Origin: Nitrososphaerales archaeon
Lineage (GTDB): Archaea > Thermoproteota > Nitrososphaeria > Nitrososphaerales > UBA213
Direction of reading: 5' to 3'
Assembly (NCBI GenBank): GCA_965197925.1
Contig: CBDAOC010000016.1
Span: 1-64,000, forward strand
Length of the DNA: 64,000 nucleotides
In this document: positions 45,696 to 55,911 of the stretch, piece after piece
How positions within the stretch are numbered: the stretch's first letter is position 1
Layout: each line of letters starts with the position of its first letter
Made by a program: the position numbers and the translations under genes
The notes under the pieces: model-generated
The model's input: only the letters and a program-made list of their open reading frames with translations
Databases searched by the model: none
What the model was told of the DNA's origin: nothing

Positions 45696-46799
45696 ATGCC
45701 TTCAGATAATAGTGAACACTACAACAGACCACCAATAATTGTCGACAAAGAACAAAATAGACTTATAATACGCGCATCACAAGCCACATCTTGCCGAAGA
45801 CAACTGGCATACTATGCTCGCAACGAACCCATAACAAACCCACCAGATAACATCGCCATAAATAGAATGTTAGCTGGCACATACCTTGAAGCAGTTGCAG
45901 TAGACTACTTAAAACGCACAGAGTGGACAGATGTTAACTCATTCACAGACGATTACGCCTTTCCACCTAGACTTAATATAAAGTTAACCGATAACATATT
46001 TATCACCGGCACCCCAGACGCACACGGTTCGCACGAAATGATCACAGATGGCAAACTAAGTGTCCTTGAAATAAAAACACGAGGTAACGCTGCTTGGTCA
46101 CAAATGCAAAAGCTCGGTACAATGGGCGCATTCCCATCAGCCGTAGCACAACTAGCCTTATATCGCAAAGGCCTACTAGACTATCAAACAAAGAAAAATG
46201 AGTACTTAATAGATACAGATTCAACAGGTGTCATTGTAACTATGAATACAGACACCAAAGAAGTACGAATGTTCACAGCATCTGATATGAATCTAGAAAA
46301 TTCTCTAGCTGATATAACTGCTAAACTAACTCCACTATCTCTTCTACTACTAAACAATGAGACAAAAGGAACCCTTCCAGCGAAAGATTACGCTCCTACG
46401 TCATGGCAGTGTAGGTACTGCCCATTTTTTACAGTATGCACAGACACAAAAACCACAGACGACACAGATAAAGACACACCTAAAAAACCTAAGAAAGTAG
46501 GTAAACTAGAAGCACTGAACGCACTCCACAACTATGAAACTGCAAACGCAACAGTAGTAGATAATAAAGGCGCTGAAGCTGATAAAAAGGAAGCTCGTGG
46601 AGCATTACTTGACTACTTAAAAGGAGAGGAGACTAAACAAACCGAATTAATAGGTAAATCAGGTCTTAGTCGTAACATTAAAATCACTACACGTGAAACC
46701 ACACAGGTCGATCTGGAGCAGCTCGGCCAAATACTTTCCATGGAACAATACAAAAACATAGTAACCAAGAAAGTAACAGAAAGCGTATCCATACGCTAA
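45696..46799 (+). CDS. Cas4-like PD-(D/E)XK exonuclease
   Basis: SCRRQLAY, TGTPDA, EIKT, QLALY and CRYCPFFTVC. Confidence 0.85.
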   Translation: MPSDNSEHYNRPPIIVDKEQNRLIIRASQATSCRRQLAYYARNEPITNPPDNIAINRMLAGTYLEAVAVDYLKRTEWTDVNSFTDDYAFPPRLNIKLTDNIFITGTPDAHGSHEMITDGKLSVLEIKTRGNAAWSQMQKLGTMGAFPSAVAQLALYRKGLLDYQTKKNEYLIDTDSTGVIVTMNTDTKEVRMFTASDMNLENSLADITAKLTPLSLLLLNNETKGTLPAKDYAPTSWQCRYCPFFTVCTDTKTTDDTDKDTPKKPKKVGKLEALNALHNYETANATVVDNKGAEADKKEARGALLDYLKGEETKQTELIGKSGLSRNIKITTRETTQVDLEQLGQILSMEQYKNIVTKKVTESVSIR

Positions 46800-46852
46800 G
46801 TAGATTAAAAGAAACATAGACACAAAATAGCAAAGAACAGGAGTTCAAATAT

Positions 46853-48208
46853 ATGTCAATGCAACCCTACCAGCAAAACGCACAGGCCACCCCAGAACAA
46901 CAGGCCTATGCTCTATCCTTGAATACCGCACCCGTTACGCCTCTGCCTGTACCGGACCAACTCATGACGCTTGTAGATCCGCCTACGGCCTTCCCCGTAT
47001 CAGTAGATCAGGAATTAACGCAACAGCTCAAGAGGTATGCCGACCCCAACATGTTCCAAAGGCTGCTCAACAACCTCGGCCCCGACAACACTGGAGTTAA
47101 CTTCATTCGACGTTTGTCTGTAGTTGCAGGTGGTGCCCCTATGTTCCAGGAACCTCGCACATCCAGTGGTCAGCAAGGTGCAATGCACCAAGAAATCATT
47201 GCTGTCATGCCTCTCATTCAGCAGACCCGTCGTCGCTTTACCGCACAGTTTGGTACTCAGGGTGCCGACCGCATTCCCGACTGTACTGCTGTAAATGTAA
47301 CGCCCAACCGAGTCAATAACGTTGGCTTCGGTAATCCCGGTGGACTCTGTGCAGTATGCCCCCATGATGCTTTCGTAGAAGGTATCGGAAGAGGATGCCG
47401 TGAACGCCACGCCGTCTTCGCCCTCGCTAAGGGCAATCCGTTCCCATACTACCTAGACCTAAGTGTCTATAGCAACAGGCCCATCATGGAAATGCTCACC
47501 AACCTATCTATTGCCTCCAACGTTGACTACTGGCAGGTCGTCATGAGGATTACCCTTGGAAGCACGCCCACTCGTGCCGGACAGCCTGTATCAATCTTCA
47601 AGGCTGAACCTATCGGAGTCATTGACAGCTCAGACCCCGAAGTGTGCGCTGGCATTGAAAACCTTCGTAAAATCTGCCATATGGTACTCGCAGACTTTGC
47701 CAAGCTAGTATCTGCTAGCAAGACTATCAGATTGCACGAGATCACCGACCCCAATGTGATCGACAGCACGCTTGTCAACTCTAGCCAGAACATGCCTCTC
47801 CCGCCTAGCATGGCAGACCAGGCTCCCACACAGCAGGAAGACATGGCACGCTTAGGCATGCCCGCTCCGCCTCAGCCTGGCGCCAACGCACAGGTTCAAG
47901 TGCAGCAACCGCAACAAATATTCCATCAGCAGAACCCCGCTGCTCCCGTTCCGTGGGCTCCTGATGCACAGCCACCGCAACAGATGCCTCCACAAATGGT
48001 ACAGCAGCAGCCCGCTGCACCCCAGCCACCCCAAATGCCTGCTCCCATGACCACTACTGCTCCCCAGCCGTATTTCGACTTCCAGCAGGCAGCACCCGAC
48101 ACTCAGTACGACCCGGACACCGATGAGTTCATACATATGATCAATGATCTACCCGTAGACAACACCCAACCTATTCCCGGCGTAACTGAGCAAAACGGCG
48201 AATTTTAA
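46853..48208 (+). CDS. Putative ssDNA-binding/annealing protein with Zn site and Q/P-rich acidic tail
   Basis: Follows the exonuclease; PDC...GGLCAVCP...GRGCRE; low-complexity tail ending NGEF. Confidence 0.5.
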   Translation: MSMQPYQQNAQATPEQQAYALSLNTAPVTPLPVPDQLMTLVDPPTAFPVSVDQELTQQLKRYADPNMFQRLLNNLGPDNTGVNFIRRLSVVAGGAPMFQEPRTSSGQQGAMHQEIIAVMPLIQQTRRRFTAQFGTQGADRIPDCTAVNVTPNRVNNVGFGNPGGLCAVCPHDAFVEGIGRGCRERHAVFALAKGNPFPYYLDLSVYSNRPIMEMLTNLSIASNVDYWQVVMRITLGSTPTRAGQPVSIFKAEPIGVIDSSDPEVCAGIENLRKICHMVLADFAKLVSASKTIRLHEITDPNVIDSTLVNSSQNMPLPPSMADQAPTQQEDMARLGMPAPPQPGANAQVQVQQPQQIFHQQNPAAPVPWAPDAQPPQQMPPQMVQQQPAAPQPPQMPAPMTTTAPQPYFDFQQAAPDTQYDPDTDEFIHMINDLPVDNTQPIPGVTEQNGEF

Positions 48209-48650
48209 CCAACGATAGATATGCAGAGGTGACTCCGCCTCTGCATATCTTACACCACAGATAAAGGAGCACCAATGAAAGGATTATTAGGATTACTTTA
48301 CAAACTAAAGTATCAGACAAAAGAATTCATACCTAATTCACTACACTCTTGCACAGATGAGCAACGTGACATAATACTACACTCCATCAGTGAGATAAAC
48401 GTCGCAATAAATGATCTAGACTTCTACATACACAACAGATTAGCCCTAGTATTAGAAACTGAACCCATCATTACTCAAATCGAAGTATTGCGTCAAAAAT
48501 TAATAGAAAACGGTATGAATCCACAACGAGTTGAAATGAACGAGACAGACTTCAATAGAATAATAAATCTATTCACTCAACAACTCGAACAACCACACAA
48601 TGCCGAGTATTTTCTACAAATACTACACTACACTATAAATCTATGGATAC

Positions 48651-49139
48651 ATGAGCAGGATATTCAACGAGACTCTTTGGCAACTAGCTAAAGATGTACT
48701 ACTAGACAGAGAATACTATGAGATGCATCTTCTAAAACAAGATGACCTACTAGTATACGAATGCTCTGACTGCGGGTACATACACAAACGAGAATCAAAA
48801 GAGACTGCACTCCCTAAAGTATGTACAGCATGCTTAGGTTTGACAAACGAACTAGGCACCACAGAGAAAGAAGATAAAGTTTGGTATCTACTAAACAACT
48901 TTGCAGCAATGAAATCAGAAATAATGTCTGATTACTCACTCGAATTAGATCTCCTTCATCCTATATGTGACTGCCCCGAAGTTAACGAAGAGATAGATGA
49001 CTCCAATGCAGTATATTACACAGGCTGTGCTTACACAATTGAAGACTTTGAAGAAGTAGTACCATTGTGCCCCGTATGTAACGGATGCATATTTTGTCGA
49101 TACGATGCCGAGAGCGCAGATGCCTATTACACAGACTAA
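48651..49139 (+). CDS. Zinc-ribbon/rubredoxin-like protein
   Basis: YECSDCGYIH..PKVCTAC and CPVCNGCIFC. Confidence 0.55.
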   Translation: MSRIFNETLWQLAKDVLLDREYYEMHLLKQDDLLVYECSDCGYIHKRESKETALPKVCTACLGLTNELGTTEKEDKVWYLLNNFAAMKSEIMSDYSLELDLLHPICDCPEVNEEIDDSNAVYYTGCAYTIEDFEEVVPLCPVCNGCIFCRYDAESADAYYTD

Positions 49140-50799
49140 GCCAACATTATCACCAGCCAACAAAAAAATACTAAAACAAGTAGAACAAATAGCTGATCAA
49201 ACAATAACAACAACACTACAAGCAAAATTTAACAAAGCTCAAGAAAGTAAAAGTCACACCTACTTGTACTTTTACAAGTCACCAAAAGTGACAGCAAGAT
49301 CAGTACTATTTAAGAAGAATCAATCTCTAGACGATTTACTACTAGCATTACATGTAGACGGAACTGTTGTATACAAGAACACCACCGCTATAAAAAATGC
49401 ACACAATCAAATTATACAAGCCATAAAAGATGAACTGATAGAACAGATACCCACAACAGTTCACAATGAAATACGTGGCGGACTAACACTTCTACAAGCT
49501 ATAAATACTCTCCTAGAGTCCAAAGCTATAGAAATGATAGGTACAGTAAAAGAGATGACAACATACATAAATAAATATTACGAAGACAATAGTGACCTAG
49601 AGCTACTAAAAACTCTTCGTAAAATACACGCTTCTAACCTAAAGGGACAACAATATATAGTCGCTGCGGTTACAAAGCCTGTAATAGTTGAAATGTCACA
49701 GAAACCTTCCAACAAGATACCACTATTAGCGTATCTAACTGGACGATTGACAACAATCCAACCGTCGTTGTTAAAAAAAGACACTATCATAAAACACCCC
49801 GGCCAAATAATTCAGGCTGTAAAAAGTGAGTATGTCATAGAAAACAAACATTGGAAAAACTTCCTAAGCATGACACCCTCAGTCTTAAACTACGACAATA
49901 GCTACATCTCCGTACTATTACACATAGGGCAGAACAAACCCTCATCTAGTGTCACAAAGTTACTACAAAACACTGTACTACCAAGTCTAATGGGCAGCGT
50001 ACGTACTGCAATACATAACTCAAATACCAATGACACACTAACTCCCGACGAGAAAAAACAAGACTTACTTAGACTTCAGAAGAACTACGAAGCACTATGC
50101 GCTTTACCATCTGTTGTACACAGTACCAAAAGCACGGATTTCCACAACTTCCAATATGAATTACAGGATACCATAGACTACCTTCGTGCACGACACAGAG
50201 AAACCGGAACATACCCACGCCACTACACTTGGAACTCATATATCAAGCATACAAGAGAATGGCACCACGCTGTACGAAGAGAACAGGCCATCCGTAGCGC
50301 GGGTAACAAACTATACAATTGGAACACTCTTATACCTTCATGTGACATAGATGACTACAACGTAAAGGCACTTATAGACAGTGCTGCACTTGTAGCTGAA
50401 GGCGGAACAATGCACCATTGTGTAGGTGGATACTGGCGCAGTGCTATAGATAGTGACTACAGACTATTCCACATTGAACATAAGGAAAACCCTAAAGATG
50501 TAGGAACACTTTGCCTAGCACCAAACAGACGTGGTAACGATAGTATATCCATGAATCAACTACGCGGCCCTTACAACTCCAACGTATCAGAAGAACTACA
50601 AAAAGTAGCTAACAAAGTACTGAGACGTTACCAAAGTATGTACAGACGCACAGAGGATCGACTACGCGTATGGAACCAGACAGTAGATTACCTAACAGAT
50701 GAGATAATAAAGACCACAGGTTTTCCGGATGAAGATGTAACTAAGCAAGAGGAAGAGATAGACCTAGAAGCCCTAGACCAAGAAGAAAACGAACTATAA
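49105..50799 (+). CDS. PcfJ-like domain protein (paralog of 29945)
   Basis: HPGQII, WN....TREWH, EGGTMHHCVGGY and QLRGPYN. Confidence 0.75.
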   Translation: MPRAQMPITQTKPTLSPANKKILKQVEQIADQTITTTLQAKFNKAQESKSHTYLYFYKSPKVTARSVLFKKNQSLDDLLLALHVDGTVVYKNTTAIKNAHNQIIQAIKDELIEQIPTTVHNEIRGGLTLLQAINTLLESKAIEMIGTVKEMTTYINKYYEDNSDLELLKTLRKIHASNLKGQQYIVAAVTKPVIVEMSQKPSNKIPLLAYLTGRLTTIQPSLLKKDTIIKHPGQIIQAVKSEYVIENKHWKNFLSMTPSVLNYDNSYISVLLHIGQNKPSSSVTKLLQNTVLPSLMGSVRTAIHNSNTNDTLTPDEKKQDLLRLQKNYEALCALPSVVHSTKSTDFHNFQYELQDTIDYLRARHRETGTYPRHYTWNSYIKHTREWHHAVRREQAIRSAGNKLYNWNTLIPSCDIDDYNVKALIDSAALVAEGGTMHHCVGGYWRSAIDSDYRLFHIEHKENPKDVGTLCLAPNRRGNDSISMNQLRGPYNSNVSEELQKVANKVLRRYQSMYRRTEDRLRVWNQTVDYLTDEIIKTTGFPDEDVTKQEEEIDLEALDQEENEL

Positions 50800-51998
50800 T
50801 GACAACACCTACGACAGCAGAAGCTACTACCGTAGCCACTGAAACACAATATCAATACTTTAAAGCAGTGACCCCCGAATCAGTAGTCAATACAAAAACC
50901 AGGTTTGACAAGAACAAGATCGAGTGGGTAGAAGACATAACCTATAGAAATACAGGTAATCACGCATTCTTCTTAAAGATACCAATAGAACAAACTACAA
51001 AACCTGCCGGATGCAAACGTATGTATTTCGTAAAACATTACCCAGGCCCTCAAGAAGAATTTATTGCTGATACTGACGCTGCCATGTTCTACACTATGGT
51101 ATACCCTAGATATGAACATATAGCACATAAAATTACACAAGACAAGACTTCTATATTACCCTGGAATAGACTTGACGAAACAGCTAAACAGAACTTCACC
51201 CGCATATGGGGTAAAATAATTCTGAGCAACATATATACCGTAGCTCAGTGGAAGTTCAACAGTAACGACCGACGCAAAATAAACGATCTATATACACGTC
51301 CTTCGATAACTTCTATAGGCACTCAAGAGCAAGAGAATATAGCACAGTTTATGTGCCAAGAAGATAAGGACACACCTAGTAGAGCAACTATAATAATAAG
51401 TTGTGATACAAGAGATGTGCAAGCAATAACCTCTGCCCTATCATTTGAATCACCCACCATATATACTTTAGACGAAAATAATAATGTTCAATAATCTAAC
51501 ACCAGAAACGGCCCAAAAAATAGTTACAGGTATCAAAGGTAATCTAACAGCCACAGATATTGATAGAGTTCTACATAACCCAATGAACACTTCCCGTAAC
51601 GCCTCATTATTCGGCTTTCATCCCGAAGCTCCAGCACATGTACGCGATCTAGCATATGAGATAGAACTAGTACGACAAAAGCGTGAAGAATCTATACAAA
51701 AGTTAGAGCAAATCCCTAGCACCGTCCCTCCAAAAGGTACCCTTGGACTTACCAAACCTAGCAAAGCTATAAATAGAAACAACGTACAATTAGTTGTAGA
51801 TGCAATTGAATCAGGTGTACAATTTATACGTATAAATTATGCTCTAGATTTAAATCAAACTAATGGCATAACACGACTAGGTAAAGAAGGTAAGCATCCC
51901 AACGCTAGTATGGTTTTGAAACAAATTGCAAGAGCAATGGACAACAGACAAGACAAGAAAGCGTCTACCAAAAAATTGCTAGCCGTAGTAACAACATA

Positions 51999-53058
51999 AT
52001 GAATGCAACACTAACCAGATGGATAGATGCACTTCATAAACAAGAACTATTTTCTTCCGATTGGTTATGTGTAATAGAAAACGGTACATCTACATTTTGC
52101 CCACTAGGAGTACTTTGTGACATAAGCAACCTAGGACGATGGGTAAAAGTAGATAAACCTATGATAACAGGACTCACAGCATCTGATGCTGCGTATCCAT
52201 GGACATATATACCAACAGATATAATAGACATAGACACAAAGACGCTGTATGGAACAACCCTACTGCCAAAAGAAGTTCAACAATTAGTACAGTTCAGTAC
52301 AGCAACAGGTATATTTAAAGTAAGTGAAATCAGTGCACCAACAAGAACCTTATTGGTTTCCAAACTTAAAAGAGTACCTGAATTTCTATCTATAGTTGAA
52401 ATATCCTCACTATGCACACGGCTAGAAATACCCATAGTGATAGAAAGCATACTAAACACCGATCCACCATCACTACACAATCCATTCCCTTCTCATGCCA
52501 CTACAACAGAATAGCCTATCTCCAAAAGAAATACGGAACAAATGGTATATTGCATTAGAAAGTGGATTTTTTATACCAACTGAACACCATCTACGTGTAC
52601 TTGTACTAGGAACCAAATACGAATACAGACACTCCGCAATAGGAGTACTCTGCGCCGTAAGTAAATTAGGTGAATTCTTACCAGAACCTACAGAACACAC
52701 AAACGGTAGACAGAAAGACAGTATAAAGCACATATTTCACCTATTCAACGGCAGAGATTTAAAAGCAGCTAACACAAAGTATAAAGAATACGAATTCAGA
52801 AATGCCCCTGCAAGTTTATTACGAGACTTAGGAATAGCTAAATACAGATGGGAAATAAACCATGTATCATCACAACATATATTTGCATATAGTAACATAC
52901 CTATAGAAATAAAAAATGAAATAGATTTGATCCAAACATATGGAAGATACAACTTCTCTATAGACAATATAATGACCAACACAGCTATACCACAGAGCAG
53001 AAAATTTCCTATACTAGGACAACTACTAAGAACAGTAGAAAAGAAATTTGCTGATTAA
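51999..53058 (+). CDS. Two paralogs of the W..AL...(C)xLGVLC family
   Basis: RWIDAL..FCPLGVLC (51999-52514) and KWYIAL..SAIGVLC (52495-53058). Confidence 0.65.
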
Positions 53059-53063
53059 TAAAC

Positions 53064-53537
53064 TTGCCTCAAAGAAAGAGAAGACGACCTTACAAGAAAC
53101 GCAATACAGTAGAGAAACAATTTCAAGAAGAAGTTATAGCCATAGGTAGAAATTACCAATGGCTAATGTATAGCGTACCAGATAGCCGATTAGCAACCGC
53201 TAAAGGCTACATAGATTTAACAATGCTGCATCCAGAGAAACAACTACTCATGGGTGCAGAGTTAAAAGCTCCTAAAGGTAAACTAACCAAAGAGCAAATA
53301 GTATGGATGACAGTATTATCACAATACTATCCAGTACACTTATGGAAACCGGAACACCTAGACACTATACAATATATGCTAAGACATGGTATAGTAACAG
53401 GTGATACACAGTATCCACCAAGCCGGTGTGGCGAAACGGCAGACGCGCTAGCCTTAGAAGCTAGTCTCGAAAGGGGTGTAGGTTCGACTCCTATCACCGG
53501 CACCAATTTTTCCCCCAAATTATTCTTCCTATCGTAA
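53064..53537 (+). CDS. VRR-NUC-like endonuclease
   Basis: EKQFQ, GYIDL and ELKAPKGKLTKEQ..W; the 3' end runs through tRNA-Leu. Confidence 0.75.
   Translation: MPQRKRRRPYKKRNTVEKQFQEEVIAIGRNYQWLMYSVPDSRLATAKGYIDLTMLHPEKQLLMGAELKAPKGKLTKEQIVWMTVLSQYYPVHLWKPEHLDTIQYMLRHGIVTGDTQYPPSRCGETADALALEASLERGVGSTPITGTNFSPKLFFLS
53422..53505 (+). tRNA. tRNA-Leu(UAG)
   Basis: CTAGC-CTTAGAA-GCTAG; long variable arm; CCA. Confidence 0.93.
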
Positions 53538-53583
53538 ACTACGGTGGTCAATATAGGATATACAATAAACTTAGTAAAGAAAC

Positions 53584-54078
53584 ATGAAAGCACTAAAACT
53601 TATAAGAAACATAGGAATGTCAGTTGTAGGCGTAGCGGCAATTGCAGGTATCATAACCTTCAGTGCTGTACACAGTAACAATACTGTAAACGCACACGGC
53701 CCTGATCCTACTACTCCTCCAGTAATGGCCGGAGATCTAGCTCCTGACACACCAGTAGTACCAGTTGCACCTAAAGTAATGCCTGCCCCCGCCGCAGAAC
53801 TTACTATGGAACAGCAACTAGAAAATGACATGCGCGAAATATTTAATTCCAAGGGATTTAATAACAATTCTGTAATGTGTGAATATTCAGAAGGTAACGC
53901 ATCAGCTTCAATGGCTGCAATGTTACTAGCAACTGGTGAATCTTCATATAACGGACTAGACAATACAGCAGATCGCTGGACAGATGCTATGTCCGCAGAA
54001 CTATCATCACACGCTGAAGTAGCTATATGTGCAGGCTCAGCCAGCAAGCATAGCGTTTCAGGCATGTCTTTTAATTAA
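53584..54078 (+). CDS. Secreted or membrane-anchored protein
   Basis: Basic N-terminus, hydrophobic stretch, VNA cleavage-like site, Pro-rich linker. Confidence 0.65.
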   Translation: MKALKLIRNIGMSVVGVAAIAGIITFSAVHSNNTVNAHGPDPTTPPVMAGDLAPDTPVVPVAPKVMPAPAAELTMEQQLENDMREIFNSKGFNNNSVMCEYSEGNASASMAAMLLATGESSYNGLDNTADRWTDAMSAELSSHAEVAICAGSASKHSVSGMSFN

Positions 54079-54087
54079 AAGCAAAAC

Positions 54088-54172
54088 ATAAGGGTCGAAT
54101 GAGAATACATTATTGAATACAGAAGAGAATTTTGTTCCGCAAAACCTTGTATTTTCCTTGACTTACCCTTAT
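54088..54172 (+). ncRNA. Y-RNA-like element 5
   Basis: ATAAGGGT-CGAATGAGAATACATTATT...TGTATTTTC..GACTT-ACCCTTAT. Confidence 0.7.
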
Positions 54173-54186
54173 AATAGATCACACAT

Positions 54187-54262
54187 GGTGTTCGTAGTGT
54201 AATGGTTAACACGCTTGGCTGTGACCCAGGTAGTACGGGTTCAAATCCCGCCGATCACCCCA
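54187..54262 (+). tRNA. tRNA-His(GUG)
   Basis: CTTGG-CTGTGAC-CCAGG; G-1:C73; CCA. Confidence 0.9.
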
Positions 54263-54336
54263 GGGGGCTTGGTATAATGAGATTACTTTGCTCTTGCACA
54301 GCAACAATATGGGTTTGACTCCCATAGCCTCCACCA
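54263..54336 (+). tRNA. tRNA-Ala(UGC)
   Basis: TTGCT-CTTGCAC-AGCAA; G3-U70; CCA. Confidence 0.85.
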
Positions 54337-54557
54337 ATATTTAAAATGGAATTAACAGAAACACTTAAAAATAAAATAGATAAATCATCATATGAAACTC
54401 TTCTAAGACAATGGAGAATGTCTCCAATAGGATCCAGCCTATTTCAAGGAGAATCCGGAGAATACTTTAGAGAAACTATGATAGAAAAGAAAAACGAACT
54501 CCCTGACAATGGTGTTGCGGCTAGCAAAGCAATTGGATGGGAACGATAACACACCGT

Positions 54558-54631
54558 CTGGGTGTCGTATAACGGTAGTATATTTGCTTTGGAAGCATAA
54601 GGCGAGAGTTCAATTCTCTCTTCCCAGACCA
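54558..54631 (+). tRNA. tRNA-Pro(UGG)
   Basis: TGC-TTTGGAA-GCA; C1-G72, A73; CCA. Confidence 0.85.
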
Positions 54632-54717
54632 CAATGAGTCGAAGATTTTGGGTTATTTACTTAATCACCAACTCTTGAATTTGATACATTCAACCCATTA
54701 TCAATCCTTACTCATTG
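54632..54717 (+). ncRNA. Y-RNA-like element 6
   Basis: CAATGAGT-CGAAGATTTTGGGTTATT...CCCATTATC..CTT-ACTCATTG, starting directly after a tRNA CCA. Confidence 0.75.
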
Positions 54718-55034
54718 TGACTACTAAAAGAGAGCACTCATGGCTTGGACACGACAATTACTTTTCGTTACAGTAGGTGAAGAAGTACAATCTTCATTTA
54801 TAAATAAAATAATAGGTAACATAAATGAAGATGATGTTGCCAAAGTATCTGCTGCTGGAGATTTAATAGTCGCTACAGGACTAAACACAGGTGAAAAACT
54901 AGAAATAGGAGACGAAGGTGATCTACTAAAAAGTACAACATCATCTCCAAAAATAGAATGGGCTTCACCCACTCTATCAGGATCATTTGTAACTTGGTCA
55001 GATTTAAAAACTCACTTAGGAATTTAATATACAT

Positions 55035-55109
55035 GCATCAGTAACTCAGTGGAAGAGTATCGCTCTGATATAGCGAAGGCCGCTGGTTCGAGTCCAGCCT
55101 GATGTACCA
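55035..55109 (+). tRNA. tRNA-Ile(GAU)
   Basis: TCGCT-CTGATAT-AGCGA; CCA. Confidence 0.9.
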
Positions 55110-55252
55110 TTACGAGTCGAAGATAATTGGTTAATTAAGGAATATTGTAAGAGTGTCTACGGGCATTGACAATTACTCTATACAAATGGTGTTGCACCTA
55201 TCACCTGTATAGTGACATTATAGGGCTTCTCAATTTCACAACTTACTCGCAA
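55110..55252 (+). ncRNA. Y-RNA-like element 7 (multi-hairpin cargo)
   Basis: CGAGT-CGAAGATAATTGGTTAATT...CAATTTCACAACTT-ACTCG. Confidence 0.7.
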
Positions 55253-55263
55253 TGAATTATTGC

Positions 55264-55339
55264 CCGTCGCTAGCTTAACAGGCAGAGCACAAGCCTCATA
55301 AGCTTGAGGGTCCCGGTTCAAATCCGGGGCGGCGCACCA
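55264..55339 (+). tRNA. tRNA with CAU anticodon (Met or Ile2)
   Basis: CAAGC-CTCATAA-GCTTG; 1:72 mismatch; CCA. Confidence 0.85.
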
Positions 55340-55490
55340 AAGCCTTTTAGGACGTAGAAATTCGAGTGCGCACTTTAATTTCTATAAGAGAGTAAACGAA
55401 AGTATAACGCTAACACGAACTCTTAAATCATCATATGATGGCATGGATATACCATGCACTTGAGATGGACAAGTAATATTCCATCTTCAT

Positions 55491-55566
55491 GCAGGAATAA
55501 CTCAGCGGTTAGAGTTCCACTTTTACACAGTGGGGGCCGGGGGTTCGAATCCCTCTTCCTGTACCA
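55491..55566 (+). tRNA. tRNA-Val(UAC)
   Basis: CCACT-TTTACAC-AGTGG; CCA. Confidence 0.92.
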
Positions 55567-55690
55567 TGTAGAGTCGATAGATATAGATTACTGCTTTCAA
55601 CAGAGAGGAGTGGGTTCGAGTCCCACTGCATCGTAAGATGTACAGTGTACAGGATGCACGCTTAAACCCTATGTCACCACTTACTCTACA
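55567..55690 (+). ncRNA. Y-RNA-like element 8 containing a circularly permuted tRNA-Glu(UUC)-like module
   Basis: Scaffold encloses CTG-CTTTCAA-CAGAG, T arm GTGGG-TTCGAGT-CCCAC, acceptor TGCATC-GTAA-GATGTA and D arm GTGT..GCAC. Confidence 0.85.
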
Positions 55691-55834
55691 TGAATTGCTC
55701 CCCGTCTGATTTATTCAGACGGGTGTTTTAGGCGACACCCGAATGTGCTGGTATTCGGGTGGAGACGGCGATAGAGGGCAACCTCCGTCGCGCCGCCCAT
55801 CCAAGCTCGATGATGTGAAACTCTGGAGCACCAT

Positions 55835-55911
55835 GCTAGGATAGCTCAGCCTGGTAGAGCATTACGCTGAAAACGTAGGTGTCGTTGGTCCAAATCCAAC
55901 TCCTAGCACCA
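55835..55911 (+). tRNA. tRNA-Phe(GAA)
   Basis: TTACG-CTGAAAA-CGTAG; CCA. Confidence 0.9.

Noticed and set aside
55395..55426. tmRNA-like resume context (ATAAC GCT AAC ACG AAC TCT TAA)
   Set aside because: The tag would be only 5 aa, and no tmRNA acceptor/T-arm module with G3-U70 could be assigned around it.
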